A stretch of 64,000 bases of DNA from Octopus vulgaris (Eukaryota): the NCBI GenBank assembly GCA_951406725.2, contig OX597817.1, forward strand, positions 73,656,001-73,720,000, given 5' to 3'. Under the pieces are notes generated by a model, which worked only from the letters and a program-made list of their open reading frames with translations, searched no databases and was not told where the DNA came from. Shown in pieces: positions 29,322 to 42,442 of the stretch (the first letter of the stretch is position 1; each line of letters begins with the position of its first letter). The position numbers and the translations under genes are program-made.

Positions 29322-29634
29322 TAAATATAATTTCACACACAGAGGAAGCAATCGTATATACATACACAAGTTTGTGTGGTGGCATTGCATTTTACATCAA
29401 ACTTTTATTTCTCCTTTACAAGGAAAGCTATTGGAAGAAATGCTTTTATTCGATATTATTTACGTAAATATGTTTGTCTAAATCCATTTTATGTTTACTA
29501 AAAGTTGTAACGTAAATATGCAAACAAGATTATATCTCATGTGCATAAACATTAATGTGGTTACATTATAATTACTGATGCTAACAGAGATAAATTCACA
29601 TACACTTGCATATAATACCTTTATACATAGACAC

Positions 29635-29673
<39 letters not shown>

Positions 29674-29959
29674 ACACACACACACACACACATACACACA
29701 CACACGCATACACACCTACAACAACACACAACACACACATACAAACACTCGAACGCACATTTATATAGACGAGATGAATTACAGACGTTTGAGGCGTTCT
29801 AGGAGAAGTAGTTATAACTGTCCTAGATTATTGTGATTTTAGTGTATCATTATTATTCATCTAATAAGCTTATCTGCCAACTTTCGTTATTCTAGACTGA
29901 AGAAGACGGCTGTAACAGCGCTTTGAATACACTGCTTATCACAACTGACTAGTTTTCAG

Positions 29960-30622
29960 AATACAGTCAGGTGAAGACAATTTGGGAGCTTGCTATGCAA
30001 TAAAGTTTCGTGCTAAACTGGGTAAAAACGCTACAGAAACTTATGAATTGCTCTATATTGTTTATGGACTAACTTTTATGAGTCGAGCATATTTTTTTCG
30101 ATGGCAAAAGAGACTAGGCAAAGCAAGTCCACGGAGAATCTCATGATGATCGCCTTTCTCGACAGCAAGAGCATCATCTACATCTACATGGTTACCCCTC
30201 ACCAGACGGTCAATAAGAAATGTAATTTGTGGAAGTTTTCAGGGAATACAGGAAGGGATTTTGTCGAAAAAGATTAGAGCACCTGCATCAGAATTGTACA
30301 CCAGTCCATAATTCTATTCTTATAACCGCCAACTTGATAGAGATGGATACGAAAATAGTCCTTCCACCCTGCAGTTTAGTCCTTGCTTCCTGTGACTTTC
30401 GGTTGTTCTCCAAGCCGCGTCATATGATGAGAAAAGCTGTGATAAATGTTCAGGACACTTTCACATTGGAGAAATTCGATGGAGCTTTCACGAAGTGGCG
30501 GTTGAGCTACCACAAGTGCATTGAAGTAGATTAGAGTTTGAAGGGGATTATTGTTTTGTAATTCTTTGAAATTAATAAATAACTCTCGTGAAAAAGTTTC
30601 AAACTTTCTAGAATGCACTCTG
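29960..30622 (+). mobile_element. Degraded mariner element
   Basis: HTH YAIKFRAKLGKNATETYELL..YG..MSRA..FRW, then LMMIAFLD, HQNCTPVH (HQDNAPVH-like) and PPCSLVLASCDFRLF (PPYSPDLAPCDF-like). TIR-like end at about 30590-30622. Confidence 0.8.
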
Positions 30623-30954
30623 TGTGCGTGTATGTATGTATGTATGTATGTATGTATGTATGTATGTATGTATGTATGTATGCATGTATGTATGTATGTA
30701 TGCATGTATGTATACATGCTTGTATGTATATATATATATATAATGCACGCACATACACATGAACACTTATGTACATGCATAAATGCATGTATCTGCACAC
30801 AATTCACTCACGTATATACTTATAAGCATACACGCACACATATATTCGTATAATGCAATTTAAACTATAAATTCCTTAACAATTTACTTATCAGGTTGCG
30901 CTAGTGATCTCGGTAACATCACTCAGATGATGATGCAGAAACTAGGACTAACCA

Positions 30955-31188
30955 AGGGCGGTGAGCTAACAGAATCGTTAGCACGCCGGGCGAAATACCT
31001 AGCCGTATTTCGTCTGCCGTTACGTTCTGAGTCCAAATTCCGCCGAGGTCGACTTTGCCTTTCATTCCTTCGGGGTCGATTAAATAAGTACCAGTTACGC
31101 ACTGGGGTCGATATAATCGACTTAATCCTTTTGTCTTAGCTTGTTTGTCCCTCTGTGTGTAGCCCCTAGTGGGCAGTAAAGAAATAAG
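30955..31188 (+). mobile_element. SINE family A (tail type 1)
   Basis: Near-identical to 4458-4690. Confidence 0.9.
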
Positions 31189-31377
31189 AAACTAGCACCA
31201 ACCATACTATGCATATTACTTTTTAGTTTGCGTTCTATGTTATTTCTGCTTGTTGAGTCTAACTACTGTTTCCCTTTCAATGAGGATTATCAGCTCTGCT
31301 GGTATAATGCCGCTATACATCGAGGTAAATGTACTTAATTATGTACTTAATTATATTCCAGTATCTCACCGTAACAT

Positions 31378-31596
31378 TGGTTTCAAATTTTGATATAAGG
31401 CCAGCAGTTTCGTGGGGTTGGTGTAAGTCGATTACATCGGTCCCAGTACTCAACTGGTACTTATTTTATCGATTTCGAAAAAAAATGAAAGGCAAAGTCG
31501 ACCTCAGCCGCATTTGAACTCATAACGTAATGACGGACGAAATGCCGTTAAGCATTTTTCCCGGCGTGCTTATGATTCTGCCAGACCACCGCCTTT
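31378..31596 (-). mobile_element. SINE family A (tail type 2)
   Basis: Reverse complement of the family A head and body. Confidence 0.85.
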
Positions 31597-32631
31597 CCTC
31601 ATTGTAGATGTTTTTGAAATTTTCTTCTTTTGCTGATGAATAAAAAAATTCTTAGGAAAAATAATCCTAATTAAATTGTCTTTTGTTAAGCTAGGACGAT
31701 TAGATAATCTATAAATGTAGTGTGTATTTTCACTTAGTTTGTAGCTACTAGTTATGTCAATTGTAACTTGAGAAAATTTGCCTTTTTGGTATAAGTAGCG
31801 CAAAAGATAAGAAAGTTTATAATTTCTGAAAGGATCTAAATAGTCTATTACAAAGCCTTTTAAGGCAGAAGGTTTATAGTCTTTTACATGCAATTAGCAG
31901 AACATCATCATTGTATAATCCTCGGTTAATTTCTTGGAAACTATGGTAAATACAGTGAACTTAAGAACAGTTTCCAAGAAATTTAAGGTCAGAACGTGAA
32001 AGGAAACCTAATGAAATCTCATTAAAACTACACCAAAAGTAAAGTTCCGGTTTCGCACTGGGGTCGATGTAATCGACTTAATCCCTTTCTCTGTCCTTGT
32101 TTGTCCCCTCTATGTTTAGCCCTTTGTGGGCAGTAAAGAAAAAATATGTATGAGTCTAAATCTGCTAGCATCTCTAGTTAATACAGCTAAATACATATCT
32201 CTTCTATTTTTTAATTATAAATCTTCCATTGAGGAAGGAGCCGATTTCCTACAAAGATACAAGGTTCCATCTTTGGGATGTAGTTAACACAGACAAATTC
32301 ACATTTGGAGCTCGAGAAAACTCTTGCATATTTTTACTGTTCCACTCACAGATTGCACTTGTAATATCCGAATTAGCCGACCGATTTCTCTTTCTGAAAT
32401 GTATGTATGTATGTATGTATGTATGTATGTATGCAAGCATAGATATACCCGTATATACAAACGTATATAATTATGTATGTGACTATCTATCTACACACAC
32501 ACACACACACACATACATATATACATATATATATATATGGAGTTAATAATTTAGAGGCGAAAACAGAGACAAAAAAATGACTGAGTAAGAGAAATAAAAG
32601 GATGTTATTAAGAGAAAGAAGTGAGAATGTA

Positions 32632-32663
<32 letters not shown>

Positions 32664-33046
32664 GGGGGAGAGACGGAGAGAAAGCTTGTGCGTTCAAGTA
32701 TAAAAGTTAAGGTGAGAATAGGGAAGAGGAGTAATACTAGGAAGTAGCAAGTAGGAAAGCATAGGAAACGTACGGACAGATAGATTGATAGAGAAAATAA
32801 CAGATTGCGCAGAGATAAAACTATCCTCATTATAATAGGATTATCATATACAGGGAAATATATCCTGATCGTAGATATAAATTTCTGTTTTCTCACTCTC
32901 ACTATACATATGTACACACACACACACACACATAAGTATATATGTGTAAATGTATATATATATATATATATATACACATATATGTATATATATATGTGTA
33001 TATATATATATATATTTAAAAATATATGTATATATATATGTGTGTG

Positions 33047-33095
<49 letters not shown>

Positions 33096-33869
33096 TCAAA
33101 ATCACTAACGCAATCACAAACAGACACACATATACACACAGATACACACACACACATACACACACACATCAATGTCATTCTCTATTTCTATCGCTCCTTA
33201 TCTCGCAAATACAACCACGTACATATTTTCACACAGGAACGAAACTTATATTTCATATTAACACATAAGCACGTCAGCCAAACTAACACATAGGTATGTG
33301 TGTATATGAGTGTCATCAAGTTACAAGGAAGTTACGAAGCCATTTTGCTATAACGAAACAACGTCTCGATCTTATGACAAGGCCTGACCTGATGGGAAAA
33401 ATAATCCAGGCTGTCCAGTTGACGGTGCTTTGGGAAGACAATAAGAGAATCTCAATGAGTTATGTGAAGTATTGGAATGATAATATACAAAACTTCCAAT
33501 AAAGGTTGGGATGCTGTGCATTTTTAACTTGTTCTCCAGTGTTCCATCTGATTGGCCTTCGGATTGTAGAGTAATATCAGGGAAGCGGTTTCAGAACTGC
33601 TGAGGAAAGCAGAGGAAGCCCCATCATATGTATTACAGCAGGAACGTGGAATTAAAGTACTAGAAATAATTATCATTTGGATAGCAAGAGTACTCCGAAC
33701 AGTGTGCTTAGCGGCATTTCATCCATCCATACTCTCTGAGTTCAAATTCTGCCGAGGTCGACTTTGCCTTTCATCCCTTTCGGAATCGATAAATAATTAC
33801 TAGTTACTTACCCTAAAATTGTTGGCCTTGCACCAAAATTTCAAATTCTTCTTTTTATTTTTTGAGCCA

Positions 33870-34784
33870 CGCTGGTATCTGAGTGCTGTTACTTCCAAGT
33901 GCGCCAATTACTATTGGTACCACGGCTACTCTCGTCATTGACCACAAACTTCGTGTTTCCCACTTCAAATCGTCGAAATTGTTCAGTTTTTCTTTTTCTT
34001 TCTCTTTGATCCTGTTGTTACTTGGACATGCTATGTCGATTAACGTACATGTTCTTTCTTATTTATTCACCACAACAGTGTCCGGTTTCCGATGTCTGGT
34101 CAAATGCTCGCACTGAATTATTGCATCCCACAGGATTTTGCACTTTTCATTCTCAGTGACTCCTTCTAGGGTTTGCTGATACCACGTCCTTGCTCTTTGT
34201 AGGCCATGATTTCTACAGAGTTCCCAATGGATCATTCTTGCCACATTGTCATGTCGTCTTTTGTATTCGCGTTGTAGCGTACAGTTTTAGGTCATCCATA
34301 TATAAGAGGTGGCTGATTTATTTGCCGTAACAATTGTATCCGCATCCAGTTCTGTTTAGCATGTAAGATAAAGGTATCAGTGCCAAGCAGAAAAGGAGTG
34401 GAGAGAGCGTGTCTCCGTGGATTATTCCTCTCCTAATCGGGATGGCTTTGGTTTTTATGAGTCCCTTTTTTGTTTGGAGCTGTAGCAGTGTCGGCCATTT
34501 ATTCATAGTGTTTTATATATTTTATGATTATTGGTGCTACCTTGTTCATGGCTAGTGTTTCTTGGATCCATGTGTGGGGAATATTATCAAAAGCCTTTCG
34601 GTAATCGATTCAGGCCTTACTTAGACCCTTCTTTCTGTCTTCAGTTATGACTTTATTGATCATTATTTGATCTTTACAGCCGAATGAGCCCTTGCAGCAT
34701 CTCTTCTGCTCTTCTGGAAACAGGCTGTTTTCTTCCAGATGCTTGTTCATTCTCTGCGATATTATTACAGTAAAGGCTTTGTAA

Positions 34785-34785
<1 letters not shown>
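33870..34785 (-). pseudogene. R4/Dong-like LINE fragment: RT core joined directly to the RLE region
   Basis: FPEEQKRC, IDYRKAFDNIPHTW, RRGIIHGDTLSPLLFCLAL and HLLYMDDLKLYA, followed immediately by REYKRRHDNVARMIHW, ILWD, KPDTVVV and VPIVIGALG. Confidence 0.88.
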
Positions 34786-34867
<82 letters not shown>

Positions 34868-34886
34868 CATTATTATTATTATTATT

Positions 34887-34921
<35 letters not shown>

Positions 34922-34957
34922 ATCATCATCATCATTATCATTATCATTATCATTATC

Positions 34958-35005
<48 letters not shown>

Positions 35006-35413
35006 GAGTGAGAAAGCAGCGCATGACCTTGCAGGCGGGGATCAGTTAGAACTTTCTTCACGTCGAGTAGCTCATTCCGCTCAAAAGATCCCCGAATAAG
35101 TATTTGAGGGTGATGAATGAAACATCTATGTTTCAAGGAGTGAATTATTCAAACCTAAAGAATCCCTCTCAAAAAACATGGCTATGAAGCTATTATTCCT
35201 GCTCATGATCAGAGATGCACATAGCATCGGTCACTAAGGGACATGCTCAACTGGTTAAGGTTAGGCAAGTGACAAACAAATCTACAATATTGAACAAAAT
35301 ATTTGCTGTAGCCCATCTGTTACTCCAAGACAAAATATGTAAATGATATCATTTCCAATCAGTTAAAACCAGAGGCCATGAGGGCCACTACATGGTATTG
35401 CACCAGGAAATTT
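35006..35413. mobile_element. Unclassified insertion of about 400 bp flanked on both sides by (ATT)n
   Basis: Complex sequence with sharp boundaries into TAA tracts and no recognisable coding motif. Confidence 0.45.
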
Positions 35414-35414
35414 A

Positions 35415-35507
<93 letters not shown>

Positions 35508-35518
35508 TTAATATTATT

Positions 35519-36898
35519 TATGGGTTTTTCTTCTTCTTTCAAATTTGCTTCCATTTCTTGCCGAGTGTCTTCCCGACTCCTAGGGCAAAGAAACTCATTG
35601 TATACATTGGTAGGCCATTAAACTAAACTCACTAGTTCGTTCATTTTTTTTTATTGGAATAAAGTTAAATTAAAATACATGGGTAGTAATAGTTCTCACA
35701 TAGACAATGCTCTTCTCAATACGTGTGATGTACCAGTTAAGACAATCTTTTGCACTTCTTGCAGGGATGGTAAGCCAGGGATCATTCTCATATAATTTTC
35801 GGTTCCCTTCTTGTTCATTTCTAGTGCTCCTACGATCACTGGTATTGAAACCGCCTTGAGATGCCACATTTTCTCAATTTCAATGAGCAAGTCTTTATAT
35901 TTTCTGAGCTTGTCAAATTCTTTCGCCGAGATATTATGATCACAGGGGATGCTCACGTCGATCAATAAGCAAACTTTATTGTTTTGGTCTTTCACAACAA
36001 TATCCGGTTTATTGGCTTTGATGGTTCGGTCTGTATGTACTGGAGAGTCCCACAGAATCGTTACATTTTCTCCTTCAGTTACAGCTTCAGGGTGGTGATT
36101 ATACCACTTGTCGGCAGTTTTGATATTGTAATGCCGACTTATTAGCCAGTGTAGATATTGGCCAACTCTGTCATGTCTTAATTTATACTCCACTGGGGCT
36201 AAAACTTTACATCCAGAGATTGGGTGGTCCACTGTTTCAATCATGTCGTTGCAGAATCGGCATTTTGGGTCTGCTCCATTTTTCATCACATTGGCCTGGT
36301 AGTTCCGGGTTAATAGGCTTTGATCTTGAGCAGCCAGGATGAAACCTTCGCTCTCTGCTTTTAGCCCTGAGCTCCGTAGCCACTGATGGGTTTGCTTCTG
36401 GTCAACATCAGCTTGTTTGCTACGGGCCACATATTTGCCATGCAGAGGTTTCTCCTCCCACCTATCAGCCAATTGCTCGTGCGCTTTTTTCGTTGCCATT
36501 ATTTTCACCTTCTTTGCAACAATAGTTGCCGTACTTCCCACGGGTTGTTCAGTTTGGGTATCCTGCACGAGATCAATAGCAAATTTTTTGCCTTCCTTTA
36601 TGATAGAATGAAGCTTCTTTCGTCTCTCGTGATTTTCCACGAGCTTTAGCATCCAGTCATTCGTTATTTCAAGATATTTGGCCAGTCCAATTGTGGTTGT
36701 TTTGTAAGCTAGTTCAAATTGGATCAGGCCTCGACCTCCTTCGGCTCTGGGGAGGTAAAGGCGATCTACGTCTGCCTTTGGGTGGTGCATCCTATTACAA
36801 CTCAGCAGCTTGCGTATTTTCCTATCTATATTCTTTACTTCACTCATATTCCAGTTCAACACATTGTAGCTATAAGTAACAACTGGGACTGCTAAGGA

Positions 36899-36900
<2 letters not shown>
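35519..36900 (-). mobile_element. 5'-truncated, young R4/Dong-like non-LTR retrotransposon with 3' UTR
   Basis: Open frame from 36900 to 35696, then a 3' UTR of about 175 bp. Both ends lie in (TAA)n. Confidence 0.92.
35696..36862 (-). CDS. C-terminal part of a retrotransposon ORF: RT thumb, CCHC zinc knuckle and PD-(D/E)xK restriction-like endonuclease
   Basis: RLYLPRAEGGRGL, KPLHG, AAQDQSL, CRFC...HPISGC, RHD, KPDIVV...LIDVSIP...K..KY, PVIVGAL. The start is only the truncation point. Confidence 0.9.
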   Translation of the reverse strand: MLNWNMSEVKNIDRKIRKLLSCNRMHHPKADVDRLYLPRAEGGRGLIQFELAYKTTTIGLAKYLEITNDWMLKLVENHERRKKLHSIIKEGKKFAIDLVQDTQTEQPVGSTATIVAKKVKIMATKKAHEQLADRWEEKPLHGKYVARSKQADVDQKQTHQWLRSSGLKAESEGFILAAQDQSLLTRNYQANVMKNGADPKCRFCNDMIETVDHPISGCKVLAPVEYKLRHDRVGQYLHWLISRHYNIKTADKWYNHHPEAVTEGENVTILWDSPVHTDRTIKANKPDIVVKDQNNKVCLLIDVSIPCDHNISAKEFDKLRKYKDLLIEIEKMWHLKAVSIPVIVGALEMNKKGTENYMRMIPGLPSLQEVQKIVLTGTSHVLRRALSM

Positions 36901-36966
<66 letters not shown>

Positions 36967-36967
<1 letters not shown>

Positions 36968-37177
36968 GGCGAACTTGTAGAATTGTTAGTACGCCGGAGA
37001 AAATGCTTAGCAGCATTTCGCCTGTCTTTACGTTCTAAGTTCAAATTCCACCGAGGTCGACTTTGCCTTTCATCATTTCGAGCTCGATAACTTAAGTACC
37101 AGTAAATCAGTGGAGTCGATGAAAGCGATTAGTCACCTCCCCCAAAATTCTAGGCTATGTGCTTATAGTAGAAAGGA
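36967..37177 (+). mobile_element. SINE family A (tail type 2) inserted in (ATT)n
   Basis: ggcgaacttgtagaattgttag...gtgcttatagtagaaagg followed by att repeats. Confidence 0.85.
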
Positions 37178-37189
37178 TTATTATTATTA

Positions 37190-37330
37190 TTATTTCTCTT
37201 TATCACAGGTTTTGCTGGAGCTCCGGGAGTCTTACATGCGTAGCATGGTTGGTACCATGCTATCCATTTTTCAGCTATCTAATACTTTCCTAATTATTCT
37301 GGCTGTGCCAAGGAGACAAACCTTTTGTAA
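37190..37330 (-). mobile_element. Extremely 5'-truncated R4/Dong-like copy
   Basis: Minus strand encodes LQKVCLLGTARIIRKVLDS* (compare QKIVLTGTSHVLRRALSM* at 35696) plus a short UTR. (ATT)n on both sides. Confidence 0.8.
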
Positions 37331-37404
37331 TTATTATTATTATTATCGTTGTTGTTGTTATTATTATTATTATTATATCATTATCATTGTTGTTGTTGTT
37401 GTAT

Positions 37405-38640
37405 TACTTCTCAGAGCCATGGGTCTTGTTCGCTCTGGTAGATTCTGTGAGAGCGGACAGCAGCCTGCTGTCAGAGGTCTCACAGAGTCGCTTTCCGCAC
37501 ATTATAAGCTTAGATACTTGGTTGTGAATTATCGTAGAAGACATTCAGCATCCAAGTACCAATCTCAAAATCCTAGCAGATTTTTGCCTTGTTCTGTTTT
37601 CATGCCTATTCCGATTTCTTTGATATATTTCTCGAACTTGGTTCTTAGTGCTCCTAGTGCCTCTACAACTCCTGGGATGACAGACACTCTCCTCATAGTC
37701 CACATTCTTGCAATTTCATCTTTTAGTAGTCTGTACTTTTCGATCTTTTCTAGTTCTTTGTCACTTATGCGTACGTCTCTAGGTATTGCAATATCCATAA
37801 TCTTGGTTTCCTTTATCTACCACAACAATATCTGGTCTCCATGCATCGACTAGAGAGTCACATTCGATTGTAAAATCCTACAGTATCTTATATTCCTTGT
37901 TCTTGGTGACTCCTACTGGTTCATGTTCCTACCATTTCCATGCTCTGTCCAAGCCATACTTTTCTCCAGTGGACGAATTTATCCACGTTATCGTGCCCCC
38001 TTTTGTAGTGCTTTTGGGCCAGCTTGCGACACTCACTCAAAATATGCGAGAGTGTTTCTTTTTTGCGACCACGCATCCTACAAAGGGCTGGTTCGCTGCT
38101 CTTATCTAACTGGAACTTGGTGTAATTAGTTCTCAGAACTTGTTCCTGGGTGCTTCATGTCAATGCCTCAGTGCATCCTTTCAGATCACTTTCTCTCAGC
38201 CATCTCCAAGTATTGATCCTGTCTTTTCCTTCAATTTCTCTGAGGCATTATCCATGCAGTGATTTCATTTTCCAATTGTTTACTCTTTCTTCTTCATCTT
38301 GTTTCTGAAATATTTGTGGGGGCATCACAATTTCAGTAGGTATCGTATTGTTAATTCTGACAGCGGCAAGCAAGGATTCACTCTGTTGACCTTCTCGTTG
38401 ACAACACAGATCTTGCACCCTATGAGGCCACTTCCTCTCCTGTTCTTAGGCATATACAACCCCTCAGTATCACTTGTGGGTGTACTTCCTTGTTAATTGT
38501 CATCCCTTCTCTAGTTTTCCTGTCTATTTACTCAAGCTCGCTCTTTGTCCACCTAACAACGACTGCATCATATCGCATTAAAGAAACAGCCCATGTGTTC
38601 ATTGCCCTGATCGTGTTTTTCCCATTGAGCTTATTTTCCG
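37405..38640 (-). pseudogene. Degraded R4/Dong-like LINE (third subfamily)
   Basis: MDIAIPRDVRISDKELEKIEKYRLLKDEIARMW..VIPGVVEALG, an upstream HILSECRKLAQKHYKRGHDN, and a 3' UTR abutting (ATT/GTT)n. Confidence 0.8.
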
Positions 38641-38656
38641 TTATTATTACAATTAT

Positions 38657-38862
38657 TAAGGCGGCGCGTTGGCAGAATTGTTAGCACGCTGGACGAAATG
38701 CTTGGCGGTATTTCACCCGTCGCTACGTTCTGAGTTCAAACTCCGTTGAGGCTGACTTTACCTTTCATCCTTTCGGGGGTCGATAAATTAAGTACCAGTT
38801 GAGTACTGATGTAATCGACTATCTCTCTCCTCCAAATTTCAGGCCATGTGCCTATAACAAGG

Positions 38863-38865
<3 letters not shown>
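38657..38865 (+). mobile_element. SINE family A (tail type 2) flanked by (ATT)n
   Basis: aaggcggcgcgttggcagaattgttagc...ggccatgtgcctata. Confidence 0.88.
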
Positions 38866-38930
<65 letters not shown>

Positions 38931-41083
38931 GTATAGTACGTTTGAAATCTTTAATTAGATCACCGCTGGCGACAACAGAGAAACAAACCATTTTCCTATC
39001 AAATCCGACCCTTTCCAACTTAAATAAGAAAACAACGCGTTCGATAATGTTGACCTGTGTACTCCTAAAGAAGAAAAAATGACACGGGATAATCACGACC
39101 GGAAAGTCTTTTATCATAAATAAACTTGATCAGGGATGACTTAAGAGTAAACGAAAAGAATATCAGTAACACACTCTTACGAATCAAAGGCGGAAATTCA
39201 ACGCAGTTACTCAACATGCTAGAAATGGCTGCCAAATCTCATTCAATTCACAGCATATCCTCTTAAAATGTGAAGGTGTTACCTAAAAAAATCTAGCAGT
39301 CCTGGATATACTATATCTTTAAAGAGATAACGGAATGGTCATTAGTGAGATGCTGCCTTTGTTACCAGGTTTTCTCTGTCTGAGATGACCTGGTATTAAA
39401 CAACAACAACAACGATAACAACAAAAAGATCAATAACATGAAGTGTACAACGCGCTATAAAGATGTTTAACGATTAAATGGCAATTACTTTAACAAAACT
39501 GTATCATGATGACGCCGAAAAGTAAGGCTACGAACCAGACAAAATATGTGGTGGGGCTCCAAACCAAAACAAATGATTTATTTAGAACCTTTCATAGTCA
39601 ATTGATTTTGATGGTAATAGTGGCGGTGGTGGTGAAGAGATAATGACGCATGAGTGTGTCAGTTATTAAAGAGAAAAGAAATAGAGATAGTTCTCATATT
39701 TTTTCCGCTTATAAAGACTTTAAGTATCAGCCACACAAAAGGCAAATACAAATAGAATTACACATAGAAACTTCCATGCATATATGCGTATACAATGACT
39801 TACATTCACATAAATATATAGAGAAATGCATTCATATACATTCATATATACATAAACACACTCACACACATACATCGTGTCATATTTGATAAATAATATC
39901 TAAATTATTTATAATGAATAAATTATGTACATGTGTGTGTACGATGTGTATACACTGAATTATTTTACTTGATAAATAATATAAACAAATACTAAAATAT
40001 ACAGTACTCGAAACAGATGTCAATTCGTATTTATAAAGCAATACGAGTTAACGTATCGTGTGTACTGCCGTTTGTATAGTGGTGACTTTTTGGCCTTGCT
40101 TAACTTCATATAATATACAAAATTATGAGACAAAATTTTAAAACTTGCATCAAGCTGAATAATTTGGCGTTAGGAGGTAAACTATTAAACAAGTTGAAAA
40201 GAAAAAAAACATGATTTCTTTGAAACTGAAAGGAGGAAGGAGTTAAATGTAATTAATAGAAATTACATTCCGTAACGGATGGCCATAACAGTGAGGATGG
40301 GGAAGTTAAGTGTTAAAAAAAGGATACAATCACAGTCTAAAACGTTCTTGTCATGCCTTATATGAACGAGCAGCAGAACAATTTATGCAAATAATTTAAA
40401 ATTGTGTTCCTTTAATCAAATTGACAGATAAAAAGAACATGTCTGGAAATTGAAAGAAAATCTGAAGACTGCAATATAAAATGGAAAATTCTAGAATAAT
40501 CTAGATCCTACAAAACTGGAAGTAAAAAATGTAATCTGTGCACAGTAGAGAAAATAAAATTCCTAAAAATAAAAAAAAACCTATTTAAATACAGATAAAA
40601 GATAGAAAAATATTGGCATTTCGAAAAACTTCTATTTTGTATCCCGGAAAACCTCATTTTCACTCGACTAACGCCACGTATTATGTAATATATTTAATGT
40701 TGCTTTTAGTTACACGTCTTTTGCTCTTTCTTCTAGATTTCTATCTTCTATCCTTAGCTACACCTATCTTCCACTTCTCTTGTCTATAATGTTACCTCAT
40801 TCATCAATTTAATCACCCTTAATCGCACATAACCTTTCTGTCCTTCCTCACTTTCAAGGATAAACATGTTTTTTTATGTTCGTTAAATAGTACAGCAGAA
40901 ACATCTAAAAGTAAATAACTCACATTGGAGGCCAGTTGTTCAGCTTGACACAACAGGAAATTCTAGCAAAATATTTCGAAATTATATTTCTTATAATTTT
41001 CTATACTATATGTAGTTATGAAGTAAATTGAGCCTAAAAGAACGTAATAGCGAGGTCACTGTCAGACCACACGATGTTAAATC

Positions 41084-41084
41084 G

Positions 41085-41183
<99 letters not shown>

Positions 41184-41210
41184 ATATATATATCTATCTA
41201 TCTATCTATA

Positions 41211-41285
<75 letters not shown>
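41084..41285. repeat. (TATC)n microsatellite
   Basis: Seen directly. Confidence 0.97.
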
Positions 41286-41606
41286 TCATCTGTCCCTATG
41301 CACACATACATACATGAATATATATAAATGTATGCATGTAGACACACATATACATAAATACGTACATCATGAATCCATGCACACTTTACGGACGTGTTTA
41401 GTTTATGTATGAGATCTCATTGGTTACAAATAATCTTCTAGGGTCTATTTTGATCGGAAGATGAGAAGGAAGTTTGTTCATAACTACAAAACGTGAGCTT
41501 TACTCAGTGTTTGTGTGTGCGTGCGTTTGTACATTAACACACAGACAGACACACAGATATATAGGTGTGATTTAAAGACATACACAAACATACACAAGTA
41601 CATGGG

Positions 41607-41644
<38 letters not shown>

Positions 41645-41681
41645 TGTGTATGTCTATGTATACTATGTACACACCCACCCA

Positions 41682-41745
<64 letters not shown>

Positions 41746-42181
41746 GGTGTAGGCGTGGATGTTAGGTTACAAGGTTGCTTTCCAACCACATGTATAGTAC
41801 TCTGGTCAAGCGTCTTCTACTATAGCCTCGGCTCGAATAAAGGCATCTGAGAGAATTTGATAGAAATCGAACCTCGTCGAATGTATATCTATAGCTACAC
41901 ACACACATACACACACACACACATATATATTCGTGCATATGTTTTTGTGTCTGTGTTGTTCTTCAACTGTCGCTTTACAACCGGTGTTGGTGTGTCCCCA
42001 TAACAGCGATTCGGCAAAAAGAGATCCATAGAATCAGTACCCGGTTTAGAATTACTCAAAGCAGTGCTCCAGCATAGTGGCAGTCTAGCGACCGAACCAC
42101 GGAAACGCTGAAATATATTCATTTATGAAAATATAGTATGTTTGTGGAAAGAGATGTATGTATGTATTTATATATGTGTGT

Positions 42182-42280
<99 letters not shown>

Positions 42281-42281
42281 G

Positions 42282-42442
42282 TAGGTCCCGGGTTGAGTCG
42301 GGGTTAACCACAGTAAATAAGGTACTCAATACATAGCAGAGTAAATTAATTTATTTTATAGAAGGAGTTCTACAGACTAGAACTGATTCATTCATTTGAA
42401 TGAAACAGTTCTAGTCCTGTAGAAGCTCCTTCTATAAAATAA

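Noticed and set aside
29897-29930. CTGAAGA-agacggctgtaacagcgcttt-GAAT
   Set aside because: It has GAAT instead of GAAA and no convincing stem I or III.
37110-37853. 247-aa plus-strand ORF
   Set aside because: It is an antisense read-through of SINE, microsatellite and LINE fragments.
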